Shown: positions 20,233 through 29,553 of the stretch, in pieces
How the letters are laid out: every line of letters begins with the position of its first letter
How positions within the stretch are numbered: position 1 is the stretch's first letter
NCBI GenBank assembly: GCA_964412755.1
Contig: CAYPPW010000002.1
Coordinates: forward strand, 18,945 to 82,944
DNA length: 64,000 bases
Reading direction: 5' to 3'
DNA from: an uncultured Thermodesulfatator sp.
GTDB lineage: Bacteria > Desulfobacterota > Thermodesulfobacteria > Thermodesulfobacteriales > Thermodesulfobacteriaceae
Notes under the pieces: generated by a model
What the model saw: the letters and a program-made list of their open reading frames with translations, nothing else
Told to the model about the DNA's origin: nothing
Databases searched by the model: none
Made by a program: the position numbers and the translations under genes

Positions 20233-21507
20233 ATGAAAGGTGCTTTAATTTTTATAGGAAATGAACTTGTTTCTGGAGCTATAGAAAATACTAATAGTAT
20301 TTTTGCAGGAAGAGTACTCACAGCTTATGGTTTTGATATTGGAGAAATTGTTACTATACCTGATGAGTTAAAAATAATTATAAAGTATTTAAAAACTTTG
20401 GTAAAAAAATATGATTTTCTCATAATCTCTGGAGGATTAGGCCCTACTGATGATGATATAACTAATCTTGCTGTTTCAAAAGCTTTTAATTTAGAGTTAA
20501 AAGAAAATCCTGATTTTCTCTCTGCTATTTATTCTGCTAAGGAATACAAATTTTCAAAAAATTTAGCAAAAAAAATGGCTTTACTTCCAGAATCAACTAT
20601 CCCATTATCTAAAAACTTTTCCATTGCAGGCTATCTTTTAAATATAAAAGAGAAACCATTATTTTTCTTACCAGGAGTTCCTCATCAATTTAAATATCTT
20701 TTAGAAACTGAAGTAATTCCTAGGCTTTTAAAATCAAAGATAAATCATAAAAGAGAAAACACAAAAATTTTAAGGTTTTTTGATTTAAATGAAACTGATA
20801 TAAATCAATTTATAAATACTTTTCCCAAAAAATTACTCTCTCGTATTAAAATCGGATATTATCCTGTATTTCCCGAAGTAAAATTAATACTACAAGCTAA
20901 GGATGAAAAAATTCTAAGATCTTTTATAGAAAAGCTTAAAGAACATTTAAAAATTTATCTTTTAAGTGAAGAAGACGAAAGTTTGCCTCAAGTAATAGGT
21001 GTTCTTCTTAAAAAAAGAGGAGCAAAAATTGCTGTAGCAGAATCTTGCACAGGAGGGTTAATATCTTCTTTAATTACTTCTGTTTCAGGAAGTTCTTCTT
21101 ATTTTGATAGGGGATTCATAACTTATACTCCAGAAAGTAAAGTAGAACTTTTAGAGGTTAATCCAAGCACTATTGAAAAATTTGATGTAGTAAGTTATGA
21201 AGTAGCAATGGAGATGGCAGAAGGAGTAAAGAAAAAATTTGGAGTTAATTATGCTTTGAGTACAACAGGATATGCTGGTCCCACTGGAGGTACTTCTGAA
21301 AATCCTGTAGGAACAGTTTACATTGGTTTTGCTTACGAAAATAAAGTTAAATCTTTTAGATTTAGTTTTCCTGGTGAAAGAAAAGATATTCAAGTTTTAG
21401 CAAGTTATACTGCTCTTGATATATTAAGGAGGTATTTATTATATGGTGAGAGCTTTTTTAGCTATAGATTTGCCGATGGAATTAAAGAAAAAATTATGGG
21501 AACTTAA
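20233..21507 (+). CDS. cinA: CinA family protein (molybdopterin-binding-like domain plus NMN deamidase domain)
   Basis: Motifs GNELVSG, GGLGPTDDDIT, LPGVP, AESCTGG and TTGYAGPTGG. Confidence 0.95.
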   Translation: MKGALIFIGNELVSGAIENTNSIFAGRVLTAYGFDIGEIVTIPDELKIIIKYLKTLVKKYDFLIISGGLGPTDDDITNLAVSKAFNLELKENPDFLSAIYSAKEYKFSKNLAKKMALLPESTIPLSKNFSIAGYLLNIKEKPLFFLPGVPHQFKYLLETEVIPRLLKSKINHKRENTKILRFFDLNETDINQFINTFPKKLLSRIKIGYYPVFPEVKLILQAKDEKILRSFIEKLKEHLKIYLLSEEDESLPQVIGVLLKKRGAKIAVAESCTGGLISSLITSVSGSSSYFDRGFITYTPESKVELLEVNPSTIEKFDVVSYEVAMEMAEGVKKKFGVNYALSTTGYAGPTGGTSENPVGTVYIGFAYENKVKSFRFSFPGERKDIQVLASYTALDILRRYLLYGESFFSYRFADGIKEKIMGT

Positions 21508-22018
21508 AGAGGAAGTCCCTCCCCAGATTAAAATAAAATGGGTTGAATTACCAAACTTTCATATAACTTTAAAATTTTTTGGAAATATTTCTGAAAGTTT
21601 TTTAGAAAAAATATTCAAAGAATCTGAAAATATAATTAAAAATTATCAATTCTTTCAACTTATGTTAGATCAACTAGGTTTTTTCCCTAAAAAGAAAATT
21701 CCTCGTGTTGTTTGGATAGGCTTAAAAACTCAAGATGAAACCCTTTTTGATTTACAAAAGGCATTACAAAAAATTTTTAAAAAATTAAAAATCAATTCTG
21801 AAAAAGAGGAGTTTCATCCTCATATTACTCTTTTCAGAGTAAAAAGTATAGAGAACCTAGAAAGTTTTAAAGATTATTTTGAGAAAATTTCAAAAAAAAC
21901 AGAATCTCTTAAGGGTTTAAATTTTCAGGTAAAAGAACTTGTTTTTTTTAAAAGTACTCTTCTTCCCACAGGACCTCTTTATGAACCATTATACAAGATA
22001 CCTCTTAAAAATGTTTAA
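21443..22018 (+). CDS. thpR: RNA 2',3'-cyclic phosphodiesterase (2H family)
   Basis: Two HxT motifs (HITLKF, PHITL), an RAFLAI start and a PRVVW motif; follows cinA. Confidence 0.93.
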   Translation: MVRAFLAIDLPMELKKKLWELKEEVPPQIKIKWVELPNFHITLKFFGNISESFLEKIFKESENIIKNYQFFQLMLDQLGFFPKKKIPRVVWIGLKTQDETLFDLQKALQKIFKKLKINSEKEEFHPHITLFRVKSIENLESFKDYFEKISKKTESLKGLNFQVKELVFFKSTLLPTGPLYEPLYKIPLKNV

Positions 22019-23642
22019 GAGCTTTAAAATTTTTCTTTGGATCCTGACACTACTATTTCTAACAAAATCTACTTTTTCTGAAAATAAGAATTTTTTTGAA
22101 AAAGAAAAACCTACCTACGGAGATGCTCTAATAATTGGTACCATTGCTGATGCAAGCATACTTATCCCTATGATAGCAACTGATGTAATGAGTCATACTA
22201 TAGGAGGACATATTTTTTTAGGTGTAGTGAAATATGGTCCTGATTTAAAAATAATAGGAGATATAGCTGAAAGGTTTGAAATTTCCCCTGATCAAAAGAC
22301 TATTACTTTTTATCTTAAAAGGGGGGTCAAATGGGAAGATGGAGTTGAGGTTACTGCTGAAGATGTATATTTTGGCTTTAAACTCATTACTTCTCCAGAA
22401 ATTCCATCTCCTTATGCAAGTGATTTTTTAGAGGTAAAAGAATTTAAGATTATAAATCCCTATACTTTTAAAGTAATTTATAAAAGACCTTTTGCTTTAG
22501 CTCTTTCTTCCTGGGGTAATTTGGTAGTTTTACCCAAACATCTTCTTGAAGGAAAAAGTATAGATTATTTAAAAAATGTTTTTGGAAGAAATCCAATTGG
22601 AAACGGCCCTTTTAAACTTAGAAAATGGAAAACCCAACAAGAAATTCACTTAAAATATAACCCTATATATTATGAAGGAAGACCTTATCTTAATTATTTA
22701 ATCTATAGAATAATCCCAGATCCTTCAACACTTTTTATGGAACTTAAATCAGGAAGCATTGATTGGATTTCCTTAACCCCTTTACAATATTTAAAACTTC
22801 AAAAGGAAAATAAATTAAAACAAGAATTCAAAATATACACATATCCCTCTTTTAGCTTTACCTATATAGGCTATAATCTCAAACATCCGTTTTTTAAAGA
22901 TAAAAAAGTTAGAAAGGCTTTATGTTTTGCTATTAATAAGGAAAAAATAATAAAAGGTGCTCTTTTGGGGAATGCTATTCCTGCTTACGGACCTTATAAA
23001 CCAGACACTTGGTTTTATAATAAAAAAATTGAAAAATCCTGTCCTTATAATCCTGAAGAAGCTTTAAAACTTTTAAAAGATGCAGGTTTTAGAAAAGGAA
23101 AGAAGGGAATATTAGAAAAAGATGGAATTCCCTTTGAATTTACTCTTCTTATAAATCAAGGAAATCTTCCAAGATTATTAGCTGCTCAGATAATCCAAAG
23201 AGAACTTTCAAAAATAGGTATTAAAGTAAACATTCGGGTTATGGAATGGACTACCCTTATTCATCAATTTATAGATAGTAGAAGATTTTCTGCAGTAATT
23301 TTAGGTTGGTCAACTGGACCTGATCCAGATTTATATGATATCTTTCATTGTTCTAAAACTAAACCTCCTGGATTAAATTTTATAGGATATTGTAATCCAG
23401 AACTTGATGAACTTTTAGAAAAAGGAAGATATACTTTGGATAAAGAAAAAAGAAAAGAAATTTATTATAAAATTCAAGAGATATTAGCTGAAGATCAGCC
23501 TTATAATTTTCTTTATATTCCTATGAATTTAGAAGCTATTCATAAAAGATTTTATGGAATTAAACCTGCACCTATAGGAATAGGATATAATATAGAAAAA
23601 TGGTGGGTACCTCAAAAAATGCAAAAGTACTTAATTCCTTAA
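22011..23642 (+). CDS. ABC transporter peptide/nickel-binding protein, SBP family 5 (start probably ATG 22011, not 21939)
   Basis: Motifs F.LK.GVKWEDG..VTAEDV, PIGNGPFKL and F.DKKVRKAL. Signal-like N-terminus from MFKSFK. Confidence 0.92.
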   Translation: MFKSFKIFLWILTLLFLTKSTFSENKNFFEKEKPTYGDALIIGTIADASILIPMIATDVMSHTIGGHIFLGVVKYGPDLKIIGDIAERFEISPDQKTITFYLKRGVKWEDGVEVTAEDVYFGFKLITSPEIPSPYASDFLEVKEFKIINPYTFKVIYKRPFALALSSWGNLVVLPKHLLEGKSIDYLKNVFGRNPIGNGPFKLRKWKTQQEIHLKYNPIYYEGRPYLNYLIYRIIPDPSTLFMELKSGSIDWISLTPLQYLKLQKENKLKQEFKIYTYPSFSFTYIGYNLKHPFFKDKKVRKALCFAINKEKIIKGALLGNAIPAYGPYKPDTWFYNKKIEKSCPYNPEEALKLLKDAGFRKGKKGILEKDGIPFEFTLLINQGNLPRLLAAQIIQRELSKIGIKVNIRVMEWTTLIHQFIDSRRFSAVILGWSTGPDPDLYDIFHCSKTKPPGLNFIGYCNPELDELLEKGRYTLDKEKRKEIYYKIQEILAEDQPYNFLYIPMNLEAIHKRFYGIKPAPIGIGYNIEKWWVPQKMQKYLIP

Positions 23643-24018
23643 AAAATTTTTAAATATTTTACTCTCAACAAAACTAATAATTTCTTCAGCAAGTTCTATA
23701 GCCTCTTGAGCTACTTTATCATTATAAATTTTTGCAGGTATATCATCTGGTAAACAATTAGGATATCTTGTAGAATTTTAATGAAAACTCTTTATCATAT
23801 TCTCCTGCTACACTACATAATCGGGCAATAGAATGCCCGATCACTATTTCTTCTCCCTGTGCATATAAATAAGCTTTAAGGGCCTTTTCCCCTATTTGTT
23901 GAGCAAGAAAACATACCAAATAATAACCTCCTTCTTTAGCAAGATATTTTGCCCACTTTAAATCTTCTTTTGCTTGCTCAAGCCAACGTTTTCCTTCTTC
24001 AATTGGATTTCTTCTCAT
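23631..24018 (-). pseudogene. HEPN domain protein (PF05168-like), frameshifted
   Basis: The 5' frame gives WLEQAKEDL..A, CFLAQQIGEKALKA and GHSI..L, then stops at 23758. The family C-terminus TRYPNCLPDDIPAKIY...AIELAEEIISFV continues in the +1 frame to TAA at 23631-23633. Confidence 0.85.
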
Positions 24019-24346
24019 ATAATATTATTCCTTCTTTTTCTATTTGTTTAAACAATTTTTTTTGCCTAAGTTGCAAATATTCTAAAGGTGTATAACATAA
24101 AATATCAGCATCTACAGGTAATTCCAAAAGGGAATATATCTCTTTTACTCTATCTAAAAACGGTTTATCAGTATCCATTATAACGATAATATCCAAATCT
24201 GTAAAAAGATCTTTTCTTTTAATATAGGATCCAATTAAAATTATTTTCTCTACTTTTTCTTTGAGTTTTTCTACAATTCTATTAAGTGAAATTTCCAATA
24301 ATTTTTTATATTTTTCTCTTTTTTCTTGTAAATTTTTATACTCCAT
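23999..24346 (-). CDS. Minimal nucleotidyltransferase (MNT), HEPN partner
   Basis: Motifs IILIGSY...TDLDIIVI, VDADILCYTP.E and EGIILYE. Overlaps the HEPN gene start. Confidence 0.88.
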   Translation of the reverse strand: MEYKNLQEKREKYKKLLEISLNRIVEKLKEKVEKIILIGSYIKRKDLFTDLDIIVIMDTDKPFLDRVKEIYSLLELPVDADILCYTPLEYLQLRQKKLFKQIEKEGIILYEKKSN

Positions 24347-24417
24347 ACCTATAAGGAGTTGAAAATCTTTTAAAAAATTTTAAACTGCTTTTATCAGTTT
24401 GTAAATGGAGAATTTGA

Positions 24418-25410
24418 ATGAAACTTGTAGTAGTGGGTGGTGGAAGCTGGGGCACGGCTCTTGCAAAAATTTTAGGAGAAAAAGAAATAGAAACTTATAT
24501 TTTAGTAAGACGCACTGCTATTTATGAAGCTATAAATAAAGAAAAGGAAAACCCCTTTTATTTGCCTGGAATCAAACTTCCAAAGAAAGTCAAAGCTGAA
24601 TTAGATCCAGAAAATGCTTTTAAAAACTCTCAGGCAGTAATATGGGCTATTCCTTCATTTGCCTTAAAAGAAGTTCTAAAAAAATATAAAAATTATGCAG
24701 AAAAAATACCTTATCATATCTCCGGGATAAAGGGATTTGATTTAGAAACAGAAAAAACCCCTTTTAATATTTTAAAAGAGGAATTACCTAAAAATTGTAA
24801 AATTTTTGCTTTAGGTGGACCTTCATTTGCTAAAGAGGTCGCATTGAGACTTCCTACTGCTGTAGTTTTAGCTGGAGAATCCGATGAAGAAACAAAAAAA
24901 ATCCAAGAACTATTAGCAATTTCCTATTTTAGGGTTTATCGAAGTAATGACCCAGTAGGAGTAGAAATTGGGGGTGCATTAAAAAATATAATCGCCATTG
25001 CTTCCGGAATTAGTGATGGATTGGGACTTGGTCTCAATGCTAGAGCAAGTCTTATTACAAGAGGTCTCATAGAAATAATCCGTTTGGGTACAAAGCTTGG
25101 AGGAAATATACATACCTTTTACGGACTTGCTGGAGTAGGAGATCTGGTTTTAACTTGTACAGGATCTCTTTCAAGAAATTATCAAGTAGGCTATAAACTT
25201 GGAAAGGGTGAAAAATTAGAAACCATCTTAACTGAACTCCGACAGGTTGCTGAAGGAGTTAAAACTACCAAAGTAGTTAAAAAACTCTCTAAAAAATTAG
25301 ATATAGAACTTCCCATTTGTGAAGAAGTTTATAAAGTCTTGTATGAAGGAGAAACTCCACAAAACTCCTTAAAAAGATTACTCTCAAGAAAATTAAAAAA
25401 AGAATTTTAA
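24418..25410 (+). CDS. gpsA: NAD(P)H-dependent glycerol-3-phosphate dehydrogenase
   Basis: Motifs GGGSWGTALA, GPSFA.EV, GGALKN and GDLVLTCTGSLSRN. Confidence 0.97.
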   Translation: MKLVVVGGGSWGTALAKILGEKEIETYILVRRTAIYEAINKEKENPFYLPGIKLPKKVKAELDPENAFKNSQAVIWAIPSFALKEVLKKYKNYAEKIPYHISGIKGFDLETEKTPFNILKEELPKNCKIFALGGPSFAKEVALRLPTAVVLAGESDEETKKIQELLAISYFRVYRSNDPVGVEIGGALKNIIAIASGISDGLGLGLNARASLITRGLIEIIRLGTKLGGNIHTFYGLAGVGDLVLTCTGSLSRNYQVGYKLGKGEKLETILTELRQVAEGVKTTKVVKKLSKKLDIELPICEEVYKVLYEGETPQNSLKRLLSRKLKKEF

Positions 25411-25473
25411 AGTAGGTAAAAGTTTCCCTAAACGAGTGTTTTTTATTTTGAGCGGAAAATTAGATTATTTATA

Positions 25474-27585
25474 TTATTTTTCAACTAAAATTTTTACTTC
25501 CCCTTCTTTTTTAATAACATTTACCACTACATCTTCTCTATATTTTTTTAAATATAAATCTACTTTTCCTCCTTTTACCCTTAAATCTCTTATCCAAATT
25601 TCATCTAAAAATTCGGGAAGTGTTGGATATTTGAAACGAATTTCATTTTTTTCAAAAGAAAGTCCCAAGCAGCCTTGAAGAATTAAAAAAACAGCTCCAG
25701 CAGACCAAGCTTGAGGATGACAAGCAACAGGATAATGAGTAGGTCCTTCGTTAGGTCTTCTTTCAAATCCACAAAATAGTTCTGGAATTCTATGAAGTTT
25801 AAAAAAAGTACTGGCTTCAAAAAGAGACTTAAGAATTTTTAAAGCCTCTTCTTTAAATCCGTATAAAGAAAGTCCAAAGGCTATTAAAGCATTATCATGA
25901 GGCCAAACAGATCCATTATGATATGAGAGGGGATTATATCTTTTTTCCAGCGAAGAAAGAGTTCTTATGCCCCAGCCTGAAAAAAAATGTTTTTCAAAAA
26001 ATAAAGAAGTAAGAATGCGAGCTTTAGAAACACTTATAGCTTTTGTGAAAAGAAGATGTCCTGCATTACTAGCTCTTACTTTACATAAGTTTTTATCCCC
26101 ATCTAAAGCAAGAGCAAAACATTTTATTTCTTCACACCAAAATTTTTCTTCAATGAGTTCTTTTAGCTTTTCAGCTGATTTTTCCCATTTTAAAGCTAAT
26201 TCTTTTTCCCCCAAAATTCTTGCTAATTTTGCCCCTTCCCTTTTAGCTTTATATACATATCCTTGAATTTCAACTAAAGCAATAGGAGGCTTAGCAAGTT
26301 TACCATCTTCATAAAACACGCTATCTTCAGAATCTTTCCATCCTTTATTAATCAGACCTCTTTTGGAAGGAAAATACTCCACAAAACCATCTTTGTCTAA
26401 GTCCCCGTATTCATCTATCCATAAAATAGCTTTTACAATATTTTTCCATATACTTTTAATAAATTCCAAATCTCCTGTCCTTTCAAAATATTTACTTGCT
26501 AAAATCACAAAAAGAGGGGTAGAATCTACACTTCCATAATATTTAGCATAAGGTATTTCTCCAGTTTCTGCCATTTCTCCTTTTCGGATTTCATGAATAA
26601 TTTTACCTGGTTGCGCATCTTGGTCTGGATTTACCTCCTGAGCTTGGGTAGATACTAAAAAGGATAATGTCCCTTTAGCAATAGAAGGCTCGATCCAAAG
26701 ACATTCTAAAGCTGTTATTATTCCATCTCTTCCGAAAATAGTATTAAACCAAGGAATACCTGCATAAGGATATGGACCAAAGGGTGTATAAGTAGTAAGC
26801 ATTACAATATCTGCCCACGAGCGTTTTATCCATTGATTAAATTGCTCATTAGAGGTATAAATTTTACAACTGTTTTCCTCCCAATCTTTTAACCGCTTTT
26901 TTATATAATACAAAGCTTTTGTATAAGAATACACAGGCAAATTCTCATTTTCTATTACACATTTAATAATTAAATAAAGAGAAAAACTCTCTTTTGGATT
27001 AAGTTTTAATTCATAAACAACACAATTCTCATGAATTTCTTCTGAAGGTGGAGAAAAAGAAATCTCAGTAATTCTTAATATATTATCAAGACCTTTATAA
27101 ATAAATTTTATTTTATTTTTGTTTATTTGAGGACTTAAAATTTGTCCTTTTTTTTCTCTTTTATATCCTCTTACTTCAAAGACGTCTGCAAAGTCATTTT
27201 CCAAATAAAACCTTATTTCTAGTTTCACAGGAAAAAAATAAAAATTTTTAATTCTTATTTTCTCATAGCAACAATTCTCATATAAAAATTTCATTCGAAA
27301 TATATGAATATTTCCTTCTGGAATAATAGTTTCTCTATTTGAAATATGAGGGTTGGTCAAATCCGCTATAAAAAGAGAATTATCTTCCTTAACAGAAGCA
27401 CTTAAAAGGATAGGCATTTGATCATAAATAGAAAGTTTTAAAGTGGAAAGAAAACGAGTTCCTTTATAATAAATTCCTTCTTCTGGATTTAAATTAATAT
27501 CTATATTTCCAAAAGAATTAAAAATAGCAAAACTTTCCTCATGTTTTAAGGTATAAGTTTCAAAAAAGGAGGTATTTTTTTTCAT
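25474..27585 (-). CDS. Amylo-alpha-1,6-glucosidase-like (glycogen debranching-type) glycoside hydrolase
   Basis: Motifs AGIPWF.TIFGRD, PGKIIHE.R, YYGSVDSTPLF, GWKDS, YHNGSVWPHD, PELFCG and PQAWS. Confidence 0.92.
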   Translation of the reverse strand: MKKNTSFFETYTLKHEESFAIFNSFGNIDINLNPEEGIYYKGTRFLSTLKLSIYDQMPILLSASVKEDNSLFIADLTNPHISNRETIIPEGNIHIFRMKFLYENCCYEKIRIKNFYFFPVKLEIRFYLENDFADVFEVRGYKREKKGQILSPQINKNKIKFIYKGLDNILRITEISFSPPSEEIHENCVVYELKLNPKESFSLYLIIKCVIENENLPVYSYTKALYYIKKRLKDWEENSCKIYTSNEQFNQWIKRSWADIVMLTTYTPFGPYPYAGIPWFNTIFGRDGIITALECLWIEPSIAKGTLSFLVSTQAQEVNPDQDAQPGKIIHEIRKGEMAETGEIPYAKYYGSVDSTPLFVILASKYFERTGDLEFIKSIWKNIVKAILWIDEYGDLDKDGFVEYFPSKRGLINKGWKDSEDSVFYEDGKLAKPPIALVEIQGYVYKAKREGAKLARILGEKELALKWEKSAEKLKELIEEKFWCEEIKCFALALDGDKNLCKVRASNAGHLLFTKAISVSKARILTSLFFEKHFFSGWGIRTLSSLEKRYNPLSYHNGSVWPHDNALIAFGLSLYGFKEEALKILKSLFEASTFFKLHRIPELFCGFERRPNEGPTHYPVACHPQAWSAGAVFLILQGCLGLSFEKNEIRFKYPTLPEFLDEIWIRDLRVKGGKVDLYLKKYREDVVVNVIKKEGEVKILVEK

Positions 27586-27597
27586 ATCTTAAAAATT

Positions 27598-28644
27598 TTA
27601 TATTGCTTTGACAAAAACTTCTTTTTGAATTAAGTTTTGATAAATTTTAAGATATTCTTGAGCCATTCTTTTAGACGTAAACCTTGTTTCAAAACTTTTT
27701 CTACAATTTTTTCTATCTATTTTTTTTATTTTATCTAAAGCCTCTACAGCTTCTTTTATACTTTTAACAATAAACCCGTTTTTCCCCTCTTCTATTATTT
27801 CTGGGACAGAACCACAATTCCAAGCTACAACAGGTGTACCACAAGCTAAGGCTTCTATCATAACTAATCCAAAAGGCTCAGGCCAATCAATAGGAAAAAT
27901 TAATGCATATGCATTACCTAAAAATTCATTTTTTTCTTTTTCTCCAATTTCTCCAATATATTCTACCCAAGAATTTTTAAGCATAGGTTTAATAAACTCT
28001 TTAAAATATACCTCATCTGCTTTATCTACCTTTGCAGCAATTTTTAATTTCATACCAAATTTTTCGGCAATTTCAATAGCTCTATCTGGTCTTTTTTCAG
28101 GAGAAATTCTTCCTAAAAATGCAAGATATTTACCTTCAGCTGGATAAAATTTATATAAATTTTCAGGAAGTCCATGATAAACTGTAGCTTGCCAATTTAA
28201 CCAGGGAAGAGGTTTCCTCTGAGCATTGGAAATAGAAACAAAAGGAAAATCTTTAAATTTTTTAAAAAATGGAACATATTCAGGAAGATCAAGTCTTCCA
28301 TGAAGGGTGGTAAGAAAAGTAAATTTATATTTACTAGCTAAAGGTAAATGTAAATATTCTATGTGAAAATGAACGATGTCAAAAAAATCAATTCTTTTAA
28401 AAACTTCTTCTATCATATAAAGATGCCAAATTAATGAATCCTTACAATTTTTATCAAGTCTTAGAGAATGTGGACATATAGAAATTAATTTAGCTTTAGT
28501 TTTAGAATCACCACTTGCAAAAAGAACCACCTCATGCCCCATTTTAACAAGTTCTTCTGTTAAGTAAGAAACAACTCTTTCAGTTCCTCCATAAAGTTTA
28601 GGCGGAACACTTTCATAAAGGGGAGCAACTTGAGCGATTCGCAT
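27598..28644 (-). CDS. Glycosyltransferase family 4
   Basis: Motifs VPPKLYGGTERVV, LGRISPEK and W.EPFGLVMIEALACGTPV. Confidence 0.95.
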   Translation of the reverse strand: MRIAQVAPLYESVPPKLYGGTERVVSYLTEELVKMGHEVVLFASGDSKTKAKLISICPHSLRLDKNCKDSLIWHLYMIEEVFKRIDFFDIVHFHIEYLHLPLASKYKFTFLTTLHGRLDLPEYVPFFKKFKDFPFVSISNAQRKPLPWLNWQATVYHGLPENLYKFYPAEGKYLAFLGRISPEKRPDRAIEIAEKFGMKLKIAAKVDKADEVYFKEFIKPMLKNSWVEYIGEIGEKEKNEFLGNAYALIFPIDWPEPFGLVMIEALACGTPVVAWNCGSVPEIIEEGKNGFIVKSIKEAVEALDKIKKIDRKNCRKSFETRFTSKRMAQEYLKIYQNLIQKEVFVKAI

Positions 28645-28704
28645 GATTACCCTCTTAAAACTTTTGTGATTTAAAAAATAAGAACTCTTAAATAAAAAAC
28701 AAGG

Positions 28705-29553
28705 TTATAAAGAATATAGCTTCTTTAATCTTTCAACAAATTTTTCTGCTTCTTCTAATTCCTCAAAAGAAAATATAAAAAGAGGTTTTCTTTTTTTCAT
28801 TTTAACTTCTACCTTTGCTCCAACCAGCTTACTAAGTTCTTGGGAAAGAAAAACTAAATCTGGATCAGGTTCTTTTTTTCTTTTATGAATATTTTCTTTT
28901 TGTAAACGGGTTATTAATTTTTCTGTTTCTCTTACTGAAAGTCCTTTTTGCAAAATAAGGTTTCTTAAAGATATTTGTTTTTCTTCCGAATCAAGTGAAA
29001 GTAAAGCTTTAGCATGACCTACAGTAAGTCTTTCTTCTATTAGATCTTGTTGAATAAGGGTAGGAAGTTTTAAAAGTCTTAAAAGATTAGTTACGGTTGA
29101 TCTATCCTTTCCTACTTTTTCTGCTATTTGCTCTTGAGTATAACCAAATTTTTCAATAAGATTCTTATAACCAAAAGCTTCTTCAATAGGATTTAAATTC
29201 TTTCTTTGAAGATTTTCAATAAGAGTTACCAAAAAAGCTTCTTCATCTGAAAATTTCTTCACAATAACCGGGATTTCCTTTAAACCTGCTTTTTTAGCTG
29301 CTTCTAGTCTCCGCTCCCCTGCTATACATTCGTATAATCCTTCAGCCTTTTCTCTTACTAAAATAGGCTGTAAGATCCCTTTTTCTTTTACAGACTTAAC
29401 TAAGTGATTAAATTCTTCATCTTCTTTAAAACTAAATCTTGGTTGAAAAGGAGAAGGCAAAATTTTGTCTATAAGAAGAAGCCTAAAGCCTTCTTCTTCA
29501 ATTCCTGGAATTAAATCTGCAAGACCTTTACCTAAAGCTTTTTTTTTCATCAC
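28705..29553 (-). CDS. parB: ParB/Spo0J chromosome partitioning protein
   Basis: N-terminal LGKGL, QPR, GILQPI, GERR, ENLQR..LNPIEEA and an HTH (TQEQIAEKVGKDRSTV.N.LRLL). Confidence 0.95.
   Translation of the reverse strand: MMKKKALGKGLADLIPGIEEEGFRLLLIDKILPSPFQPRFSFKEDEEFNHLVKSVKEKGILQPILVREKAEGLYECIAGERRLEAAKKAGLKEIPVIVKKFSDEEAFLVTLIENLQRKNLNPIEEAFGYKNLIEKFGYTQEQIAEKVGKDRSTVTNLLRLLKLPTLIQQDLIEERLTVGHAKALLSLDSEEKQISLRNLILQKGLSVRETEKLITRLQKENIHKRKKEPDPDLVFLSQELSKLVGAKVEVKMKKRKPLFIFSFEELEEAEKFVERLKKLYSL

Noticed and set aside
25411-25473. Possible terminator or IS end between gpsA and the glycoside hydrolase
   Set aside because: There is no convincing stem-loop or matching repeat; the region is too short to interpret.
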